In this document: one piece after another, positions 38,741 through 56,246 of the stretch
Numbering within the stretch: position 1 is the first letter of the stretch
Layout of the letters: every line of letters begins with the position of its first letter
NCBI GenBank assembly: GCA_046563655.1
Contig: CM102285.1
Span: forward strand, 7,812,001-7,876,000
DNA length: 64,000 nucleotides
DNA from: Yuukianura sp. NJ FZ-2021
Taxonomy: Eukaryota
Direction: 5' to 3'
Notes under the pieces: generated by a model
Told to the model about the DNA's origin: nothing
The model's database searches: none
What the model saw: only the letters and a program-made list of their open reading frames with translations
Program-made: the position numbers and the translations under genes

Positions 38741-40394
38741 ATGAGCAGCCGTAAGCCGGACAATGACAAAAAATCACGTACTTGGGAATTTACCACTCGA
38801 CTGGACAGGTCTGGATATCCAACAGTCGTTCCGATCCAACCACTCCATTACCCTCCGAATATCGAATTTGACGACAGTAAGTAGTTTTAGAATCAATCAT
38901 CGACATTAACGTCAGAAATGTAAATCTTTGCGTCATATTCATCTCCTTTCAGTCCCTGGCCTGCAAATCCCACCCCCTCCGGTACCGACACCAAGAGGCC
39001 AGAATTCGGATGAAGACATACCAAACATGGGACGGCGACTCACAGTCACTCCGCGCCAAATAGTCAATCGGATGAACATGCTTGAAGCATTTTCCGACGC
39101 TGTGTCCAGAACTTACCGGCCTCATTCTGACACGGTTCATCACACAGCGCCGAATCCAGATGCAACCTTTGCAACCTATATTCCGTTTCCTTATGACTTT
39201 GAAGTTATACCGGATCCAATGTCGGTTAAGCACACTTGGGTTCAGACGGTGTCGGACTATCTGTTCTACGCATGCGGAGCTGGAGTAATTTTCAATGCCT
39301 CCATCTTCTCTCTGACTCTCTTTGCCACTTTCTTCGTCGCAGACTGCTACGCCAAGCAGTTACTCAAAATGATCCTGGAGGAAGGCACTTACGTCAACAT
39401 TTACGTGTTCGTGTCCACCCATTTGGTATTCACACTCCTCTTCATCCTATTCCTGTGCTATCCTCACCGTGAAAAGTGGGGAAGATTCCACAAGATGGTA
39501 GGTTCATTGAATTCGGGACCACTGCGCATGAGTGGCATTTAAAGTAACTTCAGTTGAGAGTTTCACAAGAAATTGTTTTTCAAATAGCGTTGGATCCCGA
39601 TGGGAATGACCAACATGATTTTGGTAGTGGCAATCCTTGATCAATTTTACTGGCTAACCAATTTCACAGAGGTGGGAAAGCAGTTGAAAGAAAACATGGC
39701 AGAGGGATTGGATGTGACTCAAAATTCGCTGCTGGTCCATACGTCACAAGGATACGTAAGAAAGTTACTTCGAACGCCACAAATTACTAGCATGCTTCTA
39801 TGAACGTTTGATTACTCCAGTTTCAATGTTGCGGAGTGGATGGATACAGAGACTGGACACCGCTGCTGAAAGATAACAAAACACTCTATTACGGCGGTTA
39901 TCCAAAAAGTTGTTGCAGCGATACGGTAGGTACTCACATTCCGATCATTATTGCGTTCAGTGAGAACAACAATATTGTCGAATTTGAGAAAGCAAGTATT
40001 GTCTATGGTTCTTACTGTACCAAACAAAGTGCGAAACAAGTTACTGACATGTTGGTTCATCTAGTATATCAAATCCTGCCATATTCCGGTGAACGAAACA
40101 GTCGTAATGGAGCCGTCCATGAAGTCCATCAATCAACTCTGGCCGACGGGGTGCTATGACCACGAATTGTATTTCCTCCATGTCACCATCATCCTCATTT
40201 GGATTGCCATGCTGTTCATAAGCTTCACCTCTGTAAACGAAACAAAACAACTTAAGTTGACCTCATAAGTTTAAGCTCAGGATTTTTTGAACTTACTCTT
40301 TGCCTTCACCTAGGTTGGTGAGACGTTGGTGCTGTGGTGGATTATACGCCATATTTGCATTCACGACATCAAAACAGATCACCCCTTTAAATGA
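38741..40394 (+). CDS. Divergent tetraspanin
   Basis: Exons about 38741-38877, 38952-39497, 39588-39754, 39821-39925, 40065-40232, 40314-40394. Three N-terminal TMs, EC2 FQCCGVDGYRDW...PKSCC...WPTGCY, then TM4. Confidence 0.82.
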
Positions 40395-40665
40395 ATATTC
40401 GACAATGATGCTGAAGGGAAAATTAAAAAAAATTAAAAGTTTCAACATATAGTTCAAAATAGTTTACTTAATTCCGAGTTTCCATTTCTAATGCTATAAA
40501 GAGCCAAAGAATAAGTATTTCATTTGAGAAAGACGTTAGCGATAGTTCTAAGTACGTGATTTAAGCACCGAGATTCCAATTTCAGACCATAAGATTATTG
40601 AAGTCTAATGCACGAGTGCGAAGTGCAAAGTAAAGCCAGTGATTCCATACTTTCTTCTTCTTTCT

Positions 40666-44256
<3,591 letters not shown>

Positions 44257-45644
44257 ATTTCAATTTTTTCCGGAACAGACTCCAAAACTTCATTCATCCG
44301 AATCTGCAATAATTTATAAAACAAAAAGAACAATAATAATGTGGAATAGAAAAGTAGTGGCTCTGTGTTCTCCAGTGGCTTCTGCATAAATATTAGCATT
44401 GCAATTCAGAGAGGGAACTCCGCCTCAATCCTGGGAACCATTCCACCAGCAAAAGATTTGGATCAATTATTTTATCTTTAACTATATTTTTAATTGCTCA
44501 GATTTATGTCTTTAACCTGCCATTGGCAGGTGCATGTTTTAATTTGTCAAAGTTTTAATAAAGGACCAAAATAATAAATTTAAAAAAAATGTGGAATAAA
44601 TAATCCCTTTCCCTACGTTATACTTAGGTAGGTGTCAGGAAGGATTAAATGGCAGACAACGTACCCACACTGGGGAAATCGCGTTGCAGAGAAGAAACTT
44701 ACCATCTTTCCGTTAATTTAAGGAAGTTCGGAAACCAGTAAAGTATTAAACTCTAGCAACAATACCTTGTTGACGATAGGATCCACCTGAACCTTGACTA
44801 ACCTTCTTTCTTGTTCTTAATTTATTGTAACACCGAAACCAAAACAGAAACAAGTTTCTTTTTACTTACTTAATCAGCTCCAGCAGCTCCAGGATTTCCA
44901 GGGATCCCTTTTCTCTGTTCTCCTAGAAAACTAACTTGTACTACCTACCTGGTCCTGCCACTGCCTACGTCTGGTTAAAAAACCATCGCATTACTTTTTT
45001 CTCGATCCTGTTTTCCTGTCATAGTATAGTACAGTACAAACATACAACATAACAAAAGGTACAAAGGTACAAAAATACATCCAAATTACAAATTGATTTT
45101 GGGTTATACCAAGCTCAATATCTTTCGTTTTGAGTTAGGTAGGGTACGGTTTTAGGGTTTATAGTTTTTATGATTCATAAACCTATGAAGGCAAGAAGAG
45201 AAGACCGCAGGAAATTAAACTTTATGCCACATAAATTAGTAAGCGCTCGATCGAGCAGTACCAGTACTTCCATAAGGTGCGGTAATGAAATTAAACATTT
45301 GTGTGACTTTTTTAACAACAACGTACCTATGCTACACTTCAGACTTTTAGTCAATGCCCTTCTCTTCTTGAGTTTGGTGCTCTTCAAGGGGTCCGAGAAA
45401 AAGCCGGATGCGAATTTCTCGGATCCTGTAGGAGGTGCACAAACTGTGTTTATCAGATTTCTCAGATTCTATACTGTATAACTTCAGGTTGGGGACTATG
45501 GGGACGAATGTGTTTTTAAAAAGCACATTCGGACAGTCGCTTAAGGACTCTACAAAGAAGGGGTACGATTAGTGCGTGTTTTTGGGCCCCTTTTCATCTG
45601 AATTCTATACAACAGCCTGGGCCCCCGATTTTTATTCTTTATTG

Positions 45645-46155
45645 TGGGAATGCACAACTAACCACTTTTCGGGTTTTGCATTGCACAAATGCCGTTGTTC
45701 GGGATTTTATGTTGCACGATTACCACTTTTCAGGTGTTTCATTTGCACAATTACCACTTTTCGGGTTTTTAGTTTGCACACATAAACTTTTGGTTGTCGG
45801 ACTGCACAATTTCACAGTTTTTGAGTTTTTCACATTGCACAATTTCAAAAATTAGAAATTGTGCAAGGTAAACTTTCAACCTTTTCCGTTTTTGCTGCAC
45901 AATACTAGATTTTGGGTTACCGGCATGGTGCACCAGTTTACTTTTGTGTTTTTTGTATTGTACAATTTCAAACTTTTCGGTTTTTGATGTTGTACAATTT
46001 CTAACTATTTCGCTTTCTATATGCACAATTGGCCACTTTCCGGTTATTCTGCTGCACAAATTCCACTTTTCGGTTTTTGTGCTGCACAACTACCACCTTT
46101 TCGTTTCTCTGATGATGCACAATTCCACTTTTACGTTTTACTACTGCAACAACTC
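45645..46155. repeat. Degenerate about 24-bp tandem array with TGCACAA core; probably one arm of a Mutator-like MITE
   Basis: About 20 units of TTGCACAATT-CCACTTTTCGGTTTT; no matching inverted arm seen. Confidence 0.65.
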
Positions 46156-46759
46156 GTATTTTCTTGTTAGGCAATTCTTTCTTTTACCACAAACTTCATC
46201 CAATAATACGGTTGCCTAGGTATTTTTTCTAGAGAAAGTCGAGCTTTTTAAGTTTTTAAAAAAAAAGTGCCAAAAGCTAATGTCCCTTTCGAGAAATTTC
46301 AAATGCAAGGACTCGTTACAACATCACGAAATTTTGGCCCTTACTCGTTAAGCCTAACATTTATCTACTGTGAAAATTTTGTTATGTTGTAAGTAGTCCT
46401 TCTCCAGATTTTTGTGGGCCCAGTTCGCGCCAATAATCGAAAGCGTCCTTTGAGGTTATACATCGATGATTAAGTTCGGTAAGGTGTTTACCAAACCTAA
46501 ACCTCTCCTTATGTGAGTCCGAGGAATCGAATGACTTTGTGCATGCGAGGAATCCGAGTGTCCGTAATCCGAAATTTAGCCAGACCCCTCTCGAAGCCTC
46601 CAATTCTCATTTCTCGTCACACATCAGATGTCAAAGCATAAAGGTGTCTTCGTTTTTTCTTGTTATCGGTTTGTTTTGTACTAAGATTTAATCTACTAAA
46701 GTGGTTTTTAGGATTGATTGGTTGTGTAAGCGATTCGAACGTCAATTTCCTAAGTAAAG

Positions 46760-47605
46760 ATGACTTCGATTCCGACACCGTCGCTTATCTTCAATGACGC
46801 AGACAACGACGTGCCCACCCTGGCGTCTGGCGCAAAAGGTCGACGGGGAAATATGAATTTAGGTACGCATAACGGGCATAGGCTTAGACGCTAACTTCTC
46901 CTAACAGAATTATTGCAAACTTTTAAGCCAATTTAATTCTACCTCGATCAAGGGAGTAAATTCAGGAAAGCAAATATGTTAAAAACGGTTGTATTTCTTT
47001 TTCTTTGTTCTCTGCAGGAGTTGTTGCGACACCTCGAATGGCGCTTGGGGAGGTATCAAACTTTGTTCGCAAGTCCAAGATCTTAACCATTGACGCTACA
47101 CCAAAGCTACGGTCAAATGCCCAGAACAAGCAATCGTCAAGTGATTCCGACGATTTTGAAGCCGTTGAGGCCATCCGAGAAATCAGCCGAAAAGATTTTC
47201 GTTTGGAACAAATTGTGATTAGTCCGCCAATCTCCTCTGCTGGAAGTACAGACGAAATTGAGTTAGCTGGTGGGTCGGACATTGACGATGAGGAATACGA
47301 CCCCATTGAGCACCTCCACATCCCACCTCAAGGTTCACACAACTTACAGCACCAAAAACATTATGAAGACTTGACCTAACCTTCTTATATTTTTACTAGG
47401 GTTTGATGAATGTCCATTTCTTTTGGATGAAACTGAAAAGGAAATGTTCGCTCAAATGGAAAGTGTTTCAGATAAAGTGCCTATGTTTGTGTCTGCCGAG
47501 GTTAGCCTCATTCCGCGTCATCACTCCCGAGACGTCAAGTTGGACTATGAGGATATGCCGGACGCGAGCACCTTGACGTCCGACATCACGAAAGATAACA
47601 TCTAA
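46760..47605 (+). CDS. Securin/pimples-like D-box protein (candidate)
   Basis: Exons 46760-46862, 47018-47332, 47400-47605 are in frame (about 207 aa). D-box RMALGEVSN, basic N-half and acidic C-half, DDEEYDPIEHLHIP resembling the securin separase-binding segment. Confidence 0.6.
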
Positions 47606-48158
47606 CCACTTTGCGAGAAAACAGGTCGAGCCTGATTCTAAAGCATCTCAAGTGTAAGGTATTTTTTGAAAAATGGTATTAATATGCCTGGAATCGATTA
47701 GATAAGTGAACTACAAAAAAATGAATTCTCATAATTTACAATGATAGTTAAGTATGTGCATTTTTTCTCTTATTATCCTTTCTTACTATTTGATTTTTTT
47801 TAACGCATCCGGCAGCATTTTTAGGTTTCACTCAATTAATTCGTATAAAATTTGTAATGACATGTCGAACTGGATCGGTGTATTGAAATGAGGCACAATT
47901 TAAGCCTAAGTAAAAGGGGACTTCGATTAATAAACTTTGTTACACATATTACCTACTAACCTACTATTAGAACTTCTGCGGTTAGTATCGATATGTAATT
48001 ACAAACGTGGGTTGATCTTCGATGTGGACACTGTAGACACTGTGGAACCTAACACTGTACTAACTGACGAAACCGTTAGTAGTTACTGCGTTTATTTGTT
48101 GCTGATGTGTTCGTGTTCCAACTTTATGCTAAATGTAACTAAAAATTGAACTTACGTA

Positions 48159-49873
48159 CTAAAACCTGGTCAGTCGAATTGGTAGGTTTTCTGACTTGTA
48201 GAAATCATTTGCAAATATCAGCACGATGTTCACTTCAAATTCTGAAAAATATACATCAAACACAACGACTTTAGTTCCGTCGTTTTCGTTCTAAAATACG
48301 ATGCGCATTTTCCGAATGCGAGATTGAGATTTTGACTTTACCGATTTTGAAGTTTGTTGTAACTAGGGTGGGACAGGCGAAGAGTCTCGGGAATATCATA
48401 AAAATTGGAATGGGCAGTCCCCTAATAACATTTGAATCTCCAATTTGAATTGTTTGAATTTCAGAAGCTAGACATATTTCAAAAGAGAGGTCATTAGGGT
48501 ATTAACAGTATGACACACGATATGGTTTAAGCTTACCATCTTTAGCAAAGCCTTCAGCACACCCCGTCGTTTCCACTCGAACTAAAACAAAAAACGGAAA
48601 AACTAGAAAGAAATCTTACACGGAGAGTACTTTCTGGCTAGTTAGTACCTAATTGAATTTCAACGGATTTAATTGGAAATTCAGACTTGTCAATGATGAT
48701 TTCTCCAGTGAAGGGTTTCGTTATGGGACACACGGAAGAGTCAATATGTCCATGAGCCTTGAAGAAACCCAACTTACTACCAGCTTCTGTGGCCATATCA
48801 AAATCAACTCGATGTCGTTCAGCCGGCTTGAGTAGTTCGGTGACCAACATGGAAGGAGATGGCAATGAGCTGGCGCTGGCAGTGACGGCAGTTGGACTCC
48901 CGTACTCAACGATAAACTCTGTCGTTTTAGACAGCGATGTTCCGACTAGGAATGTTTTCTTGACCTCACATTTCAAACTGTACTGAATATTGATGAACAC
49001 TCCGTGGTAGGTTTCGTACAATATTTTCGTGTTCCTTGCTCGCAGTGGAAGTTCAAAGTTCCACTCGGATCTTCCGGATGGAATTTTGCCAGGTTTGACA
49101 AGCTCCACTTGGTATGATAAGAGTTGAATTGGCTGTGTAAAAACAACAAAATAGGTTTACTACACCAATTTTATGACGAAAACACTAACAACGATTGGGT
49201 TAACTTCTTGTTTTTTTTCCTTGCCTTGACGGATTGGTAGAAAGCTTCAAAAATTCCAACGGTCTTCGAGCTGAGCTGCAATTTCATAGCGACAAGTTTC
49301 ATAGGTATGAAAGAAGCGTTTAGCTAAGTATATAGAAATAAAAGCAAGTAAATGAGTAACTTCTGAGTTAGTTAACTAATCCCGACATCGAATTCAACGA
49401 CAAACCCTTGAAAAGCCTAAAGCAACTTTTCGTTAGCAGTATCCATCAAAATTGGATTTGCAAAAGTCTTTGATGTTCCTCCTACGACACTTTGACCTTC
49501 CAAAAACTAATTCCTCTCCTTCGACGACGTTAGTGATGAATTTGTCTCCTGCACTAGAGACTGGCATTGGTAGTTACTGCTTGGTCTACATTCTACGCCA
49601 TCATATACCTGAATGCTGACATGTCCTTCCATCGATAGGACGACTCCATCGTGTTTGGTTTCTGACTTGGACTGGAGTATTACAGTTCCCCGTATAACCT
49701 CCTGCAAAAAATTAACCAAATCCAATCCAAAATGTTAAAACCACGCTAGACAAGAATGAATTTAATATTCATCGAAATGTTTGTGAAAGTTAAAGTAATC
49801 GTAACGCAAAACTTACATTTTCGCTGTATATCTTGCTGTACCTATTTAACCTGATGTCAAGCGAAGCACTCAT
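48159..49873 (-). CDS. VPS26C: VPS26C / DSCR3 (retriever subunit)
   Basis: LSSKTVGIFEAFYQSVKPIQL, LYETYHGVFINIQY, VRVETTGCAEGFAKD and FPRLFACPTL across 7 exons. Confidence 0.95.
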
Positions 49874-50375
49874 TACTTTCTGTTCCTGCAGTTCCAATCT
49901 TCCAATATAATCTTTTGTAAGAAAAAATTGGGTTTAACCTAAAACTAAATAAAAATTGCTTAGTTTTTATTCACAATTAAACGAGAAAAAAACAACCGAA
50001 CAGTTGACCGATTACGAAATGACGAACGAGATCGAGATCCCTCACTCAAAACAGCTGAAACCAATTGTGTCGTGTGTCTGTGATTGTGCCGAAGCCGAAC
50101 TGCATAATTTTGTGATAGGAAATAGAAAATTTTTACTTTGCTAGTGCTACAAAATGAAAGTTTTGTGGAAAAACAATAAGTGATAGAAAAATGCTAAATC
50201 GAACTGAAAATGATTTATGAAACAGGGAATGGCTACTAATTTTAATTTTAATAAGTTTCGAATCAAAACAATGCACATGCAATAGATCTTCCTGTAAAAG
50301 GCTTTCCTGTAACTTTCTTCGTTCAAGCCGGTTCAAACTCAGCGTTTCTTCAAGGAAATTAAAATTTTGAAAATT

Positions 50376-53096
50376 TCACAAATCTTTAATTTGGGATTTG
50401 GGCCCTGGATGATCCAGCTCGCTGCCACTTGACCGTGCACGACAGCAACTTCGAACGAAAACGCGCAGGAGGCACCGCGGACGCTTTTTGGTTACTGGTG
50501 ACTTGTCCGTTTTTAATGCCACGTCGAGCGGAATTGGTTCAGAATCATGTGGAGTCTTTGGGGTTTCAAGGTCAGCAGCATCCTGCGCTGCTGCTTCGGG
50601 TAGACAAGCTGCTGCTGCTTGGTCTCCTTCGTCTCCCTCACGGTCACCGGACATCAACATTCCTGGACAACTTTGAGAGCTTGGAATGGAGCGTTCTACT
50701 AAAATTAAAACAAAACGAATTAAGATGATAATTTCAACATTATATTCTAAAACCAATGTTTGGAAATTTCGACTTACCAAAGTCTCCTTGATTAGTGCTA
50801 TTTGAATTGCAATTCACTTGGTCATCCTCTGAACCTCGTCGCTGAGCTGGATCCAGAGACCACGACACAGCTTTGTTCAGCTTCCGATCTTTCGGAGCAG
50901 ATTTTGCAGTTTTCTTAGGCTTGACACAGCCTAAGTCCGAGTCCTCCTCCAAGTTATCGAGAACAGAATCATCAACGGGGTCCGTTTGTGTTTCGACACT
51001 TTGCATGGGTGCGTTTTCTTGTAAATATTGGTTGAGGATGTACCGAAGCCTGTCTGCTCGAGTTGGAACCCACGGAAGAGAAGTTTGGTTTCGACGGGCT
51101 TGAGTACCAAATTCAGAAACGACGAACTTGTGACCTCTGAATGGACGCGGTCGTTGCGTTACTTGGAAATAATCGTATTTCCCACCACCAACGGCGCTTG
51201 GGATAAACCAACGTGGAAGTTGAGGGCCTGGGTCTGGCCCTGACCCTATCGAAGTATGTGAAGAGTCAGACACGGCGTCAAGAACGTCATTAACGGCGTC
51301 TCCGTCGCCCATGTTGCTGTCGACGGATTCGTCGTCATCCGCTGGGATCTCATCGTCCTCAAGGTCATCGCCGTCATTAAGGTCTACATCTTCTTCCGTT
51401 GTGGTCGAACTATCAGTATCACTACTGTCTGAAAGACTGTCGTCGCTGCTGCTGCTTTCTTCCAATTGTTCATGTGATTCTTGCACTCCATCGTTCAAAA
51501 ATCCAGAACTGGCTACCTCCAAGACCTCATTTGCTTCAGAAATGTCGCTTTCAGACGCAGCCCAACCAAGCTCAGCTTCCGAGGGACCCACATTTGTTAT
51601 ATTGTGAAATAGTTCGGAGCGCATAGTTCTCATGAAGCTTGCAGAGTTTCCCTGGTGTGAACTTGAGGGCACAGAAGCTGGACGAGTGAAGCCATGGCTG
51701 CGTCTCGCTTGGGAACTGCGCGGACGCGAACGCGAAGGACTTCTGACTGGCGGGGTTGTATTGATGTAAGCCATGACTGCTCCAATTGCAGGGCGGATTC
51801 CATTAGCTGGAGCTGGAAATGGGTGCTCCGGCGGTGCTCCAACGTCATGATGGACATAGTCTAAAGCGATGGAAGGCACCGGTTGAAACATGTACTCCGT
51901 TAAGTCTTCCTCTTGGGCTCCAAACTGCGCGCTGCTCGAAATTAGTGGTTGTGTGCTTGCATCGGACGCAGACGAGTCCAGAGACGATGAAGTCGAAGAA
52001 TGTGCGGAGCCGTTGGTTCCAGCAGTAGATGTATTTGAAATTCCGTTTTCTGGAATGGTGGAAGAGCTGCGCATGTGATTCAGGGCGTCTAGTGCACTCT
52101 CGTCGTATATCCACGGCGATGATACTTGTAAGCTCGGATAGGAATGTCGGAGGTGGACATACTGTGGCATTTGTGGATTGTTCCAGTAGTTGACTAGTTC
52201 TTCCTGTGCACTGGCAGTAACACGACGCCTCACGCGTCGCGTTTGTTCTGATTCGATTAGAACAGAAGAGTGGCGCCAGAGGCTGTCCGGTGGGAGAGAA
52301 GGACTGAATCTGTGCAAAAAAGAATGGCAACTCCGTCTTTCCTCAACGTTGGTATTGGATGGCTCCTTTCCCGCGGATTCCTCGGTGTTTTCAGTACCAG
52401 TACCAGTGTCGGAATTCTTAGCCGAGTCGATTGATTCTGTGTTTGCAACGCCAAATACCGGAAGACGCAGGACGATGGTTGAGTAAGATGAATTCACAGG
52501 TTCAATTTCGTAATTGTTGTTGGACGCAGGCGCTTCCAGTTGGACACAGGCTGGAGCCGACGAATCGAGTTGTTGAGCCGGAACGCTTTGATGTGCGGCT
52601 GACATATCATTTGGAGAGAGGCATTCATCCGCGGTATTTTCGGCAAGTTGACATCTCTGATCACTCGGGCGACATTTTTCTGTTGAAATGTGTGTCGTCA
52701 CGCTTGAATAAGAACGGGCAAGCTGAGGCTGCACCGGCTGGACGCCATCTTCTTCGGCATGACTGACATTCGGAAGTTGTGTGATCGCAATTAGAGCTTC
52801 CTCTTGAATTCCAGCATCCAACGAATCAGTTTCGGCAACATCCTAAGGTCAAGGTTTTGTTTAGTACCAAATGTAGTTTCCAATATATTAAAAGTTTGTC
52901 ATACGCATTTGTTGACGTCCGTGTTCGATTCATGGGGAGACGTTTCTGCTTCTGCAGTGTCCAGGACCACATCAACTAATGACGGGCGCCGACTAGGAAA
53001 TGAGACATGGCTTTCCGACTCCTGACTTCCGCTTTCTCCAGATGAATTTTGAATGTTGCCATTTTCTTCAGTAGGCGGTTCTTCGCTCACCTCCAT
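50376..53096 (-). CDS. Uncharacterised acidic, Ser-rich, largely disordered protein
   Basis: Exons 53096-52905, 52842-50778 and 50698-50376 join in frame; includes a 693-codon ORF; no recognised folded domain. Confidence 0.75.
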
Positions 53097-54110
53097 CTAA
53101 GCACTTTCCTGAACAATCAAAACAAAGAGAAATTACATAATGCGTGTATTCAACTGGGATAATAATTTAGAAAATCTACTCCATTTTTTCTATCGAATCA
53201 AAGTTATGTTGACAACAACTTACCGAATAAACATGTTGCTCGGGGTTTCAGCAGTAGTTGGAAAAGGACAGCATTTGAACGAAGGAATCTAACTGTCTGT
53301 TTCGAAATTATTCAATTCTAGCTAATATCCCCCGGTTTTCCACGACCTTAACAAAGTCGTCGCGGATTAATGCATTAAAACTAATGAAGAGCATTTAAAG
53401 TTAAACAGTTAACCTCTCATATTCACGCCAACTTAAGATATTTATTGAACATCAATAGGAAAACTTTGCATAAATTATTCAATATGGATTTAAACACCAA
53501 CTTAGCGACCGACTCTGGGTTAAGCTTAGAAAAAGCTTCCAATTGACTTGCTTAATAAAACCGTGAGTTTTAAATTCGGGTTCCGACTAGAGAACGACAT
53601 CAAATACCAAACACGTTTCACCGGGTCTTAAGTGTTCTAAAGTTCACTACACAACTAACATCGAATGCGATGGAGTATAAATTGATTGGTTCACACATTA
53701 TTAAACTGTTGATAGAAACTACTACAAACATGGCGGCGCAGTAGAGCCGTGAGTGCGAAATTTAAAAACGAAATTAATCGCAAAGGTAATGCGTCAAGCT
53801 TCACCAATTCCAATTCTCAGCCAGCGAGCAGGAAATAGTTGGAGAAAAAAAAACACATAAATGGTCCATTTGGCACATTACCGCTTTTGTTCCTTCGCTG
53901 ATTGGGAAGGGAACCTGTCCCTTCAAGTGCTCCTACGAAGTTACTAACTTTAAATAAATTATTAAGTATGAGATCCATTTCGGTAACAAAATAGGGTTTA
54001 AGCGTGATAGGGTTAGTTTGAGTTAGATCCAGCCTAACAATACTTTGAAAAGATCTCACGTCTTGTTCTAAAATTTCCTGATTTTAAAAGTGAGTCAATG
54101 ATTGAAAACT

Positions 54111-56246
54111 CTAGATTGTAGGGCCGCCAGCGCCACCACTGCTACAACCACTGCTGCTACCACCGCTACTCTGCCCCTGCGAGTGCGAACTGAATCCTCC
54201 AAATAAGGAGTACTCCCCAGTATGAGGATTTGGCGGATTCATTGCCAACGATTGGAGTTGCTGAGTAATCAAAGATCCTTCGCTCATGCCACAATGTGGA
54301 ACGCGTAGTGTCTGGTGACTAGTAGACCGCTGTAAGCTTTCCAGCGTTAAAAGTGTGTCTTCTCCAGTAGTGCAAGTTGTCAGAACCACGCCTAACATCA
54401 GATTAATAATCAATACGGAAAAACGAAAAATAGCGTTGAAATACGCTTAAGTTCTTCATACTTACCCGGCATTGATTCTGACGGTGGCCAAAGCGAAGTT
54501 GATTGCTCCATAGTAAAATCCCCCAATTCATCCACCGGTGTAATTTTAAGGGTGGATGGTGACGGTGGCTTCACCGAGAGAAGATTGATGGCATCCAGCA
54601 GTCCATAGTCCAGTTCATCTTCATTGATCCGCGAGGACTCTGGTGAGACAGAACACAAGACCCGGATAACAAAATCGTAGCGTGTTTCAAGACTTGATGG
54701 AGTGCTAAACCCCAGCTTAAATAAACACTACTTATTTAGTACCTGTGCCAACTGAAGTAGAGTGCTGATTGTGCGATGCAGCTGGAACCGACCAGCGTCG
54801 ACTGAATCCTATAGGATTAAATCCAGGATTAGTTGCTGCACTACTACTGGATCCAAAACTTGAAAATGCGGAAATATTGCTACTACTGGGGTTGGGTCCA
54901 GAGCCGCTGCTTCCACTGGTAGTTCCGCCGCTGCTATTACCGATAGCAAATCCCCCTCCCCCGAACGTATGCGTCTGGGCTGACCAACGACGAAAAAGTG
55001 ACGGATACCCACAGTCACCGTGTGGCAGAAGCGGAGAAGGTGGTTGAGATGGTGTAAACTTAACTGAAGGACTGTTAAAAAAAGAAGTCAACTTCATTAA
55101 CTTTTCAGATTAAGTATCCATACAGTTTGAAACTAAATTTTGGGTCAAATAGAAATACCTAGAATTTCTGGACCTTGTGCTATGACCTGTTCCTCCAAAA
55201 TGGTACGGATGATGCATTTGAAAAGATGGTGATGTGCTTCTGGAAGACATGGTGGACAATCCAGAAATGCTGCTCCGAGGGAGGCTGAAACTGAAACTGC
55301 TCATACAACTCTCTGTGCTTTCTCGCCGATCACCTGAAGAAAAGCTGAAGGATCCTGTAGTGGGCGACCTTGCCTGAAAATCCGGTGGTGTGCGCGAGAA
55401 ATACCCCGGGATTCCGTATCCCGTGGACGAAGAGGAAGAGCATTGGAGATACAAAGAGCAAAATCGCCACTGAATTTGAAAAAATGCCGAAAAACAAGAA
55501 CGAAACACCTATAAATGAAACACAAGACAAAATTAATGTTCACAGTACGAAAGTACGATCATCTTAGAGTTAAGAAATGTTGAAAACTTGTTAAAGTTTC
55601 TTACCTCGTATGTGCTATTCGAATGAAATTGCGTCGGGTCCTTCATAACGTTTTGAACGGTTTCTTGAAGAAGTGGAAGTAGTTCAGAAATGAGTGCATT
55701 GGAGTCAGCGGTGGCTACTTTGTGGGTTAGCTCCCAAGTAATAACCGATGAAGTTAGAACATCCCCATCTAAATGTTGCGTCTGAGCGGATGCTGTTCCA
55801 CTGCTACTCGAAGTGGCAGCTAATGGTCCAGGCGAAAGCAGCCGTTCAAAATTTTTAGCGAGTCTCAATCCACTCTCACACAGAACTTCCAGACTCTATA
55901 AATCAAACAAGTAATGTAATTAACTACGTCCATATTTCTGATTTGTAATATTAGTAGGGCATTGAATCTGGTGTTGTTTTTGTAGTCATCTAACTATATA
56001 GTGGACCATTAAAGTCAGAATCGTCAGTACACCAAACAGGGTTGTCGGAATTTGACGTATATACGTCATATATATGACGGTACTTTTCTGAATCAGAGAA
56101 TATTGAATCTCTATCTCGGTTTTTGCCTTGTTGTGTGCCACAATGAAAAGCATATAAAATATCTAATTTTAAAGTTTCGATTAAAATCTCACCTTTATAT
56201 AAGTGGAGAGATTCCTTATCATTTCATGAAGGTTCTGCAAAGCCAT
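54111..56246 (-). CDS. Uncharacterised protein: helical N-terminus, Ser/Gly-rich tail with repeated RRWS
   Basis: A chain of short GT-AG exons starting MALQNLHEMIRNLHLYK, then DDYKNNTRFNALL, then SLEVLCESGLRLAKNF; ORFs between 54111 and 55868 are collinear. Internal boundaries are approximate. Confidence 0.65.

Noticed and set aside
39926..40159. C-terminal part of ORF 39836-40159
   Set aside because: Intron read-through; splicing 39925 to 40065 restores the tetraspanin GC motif and TM4.
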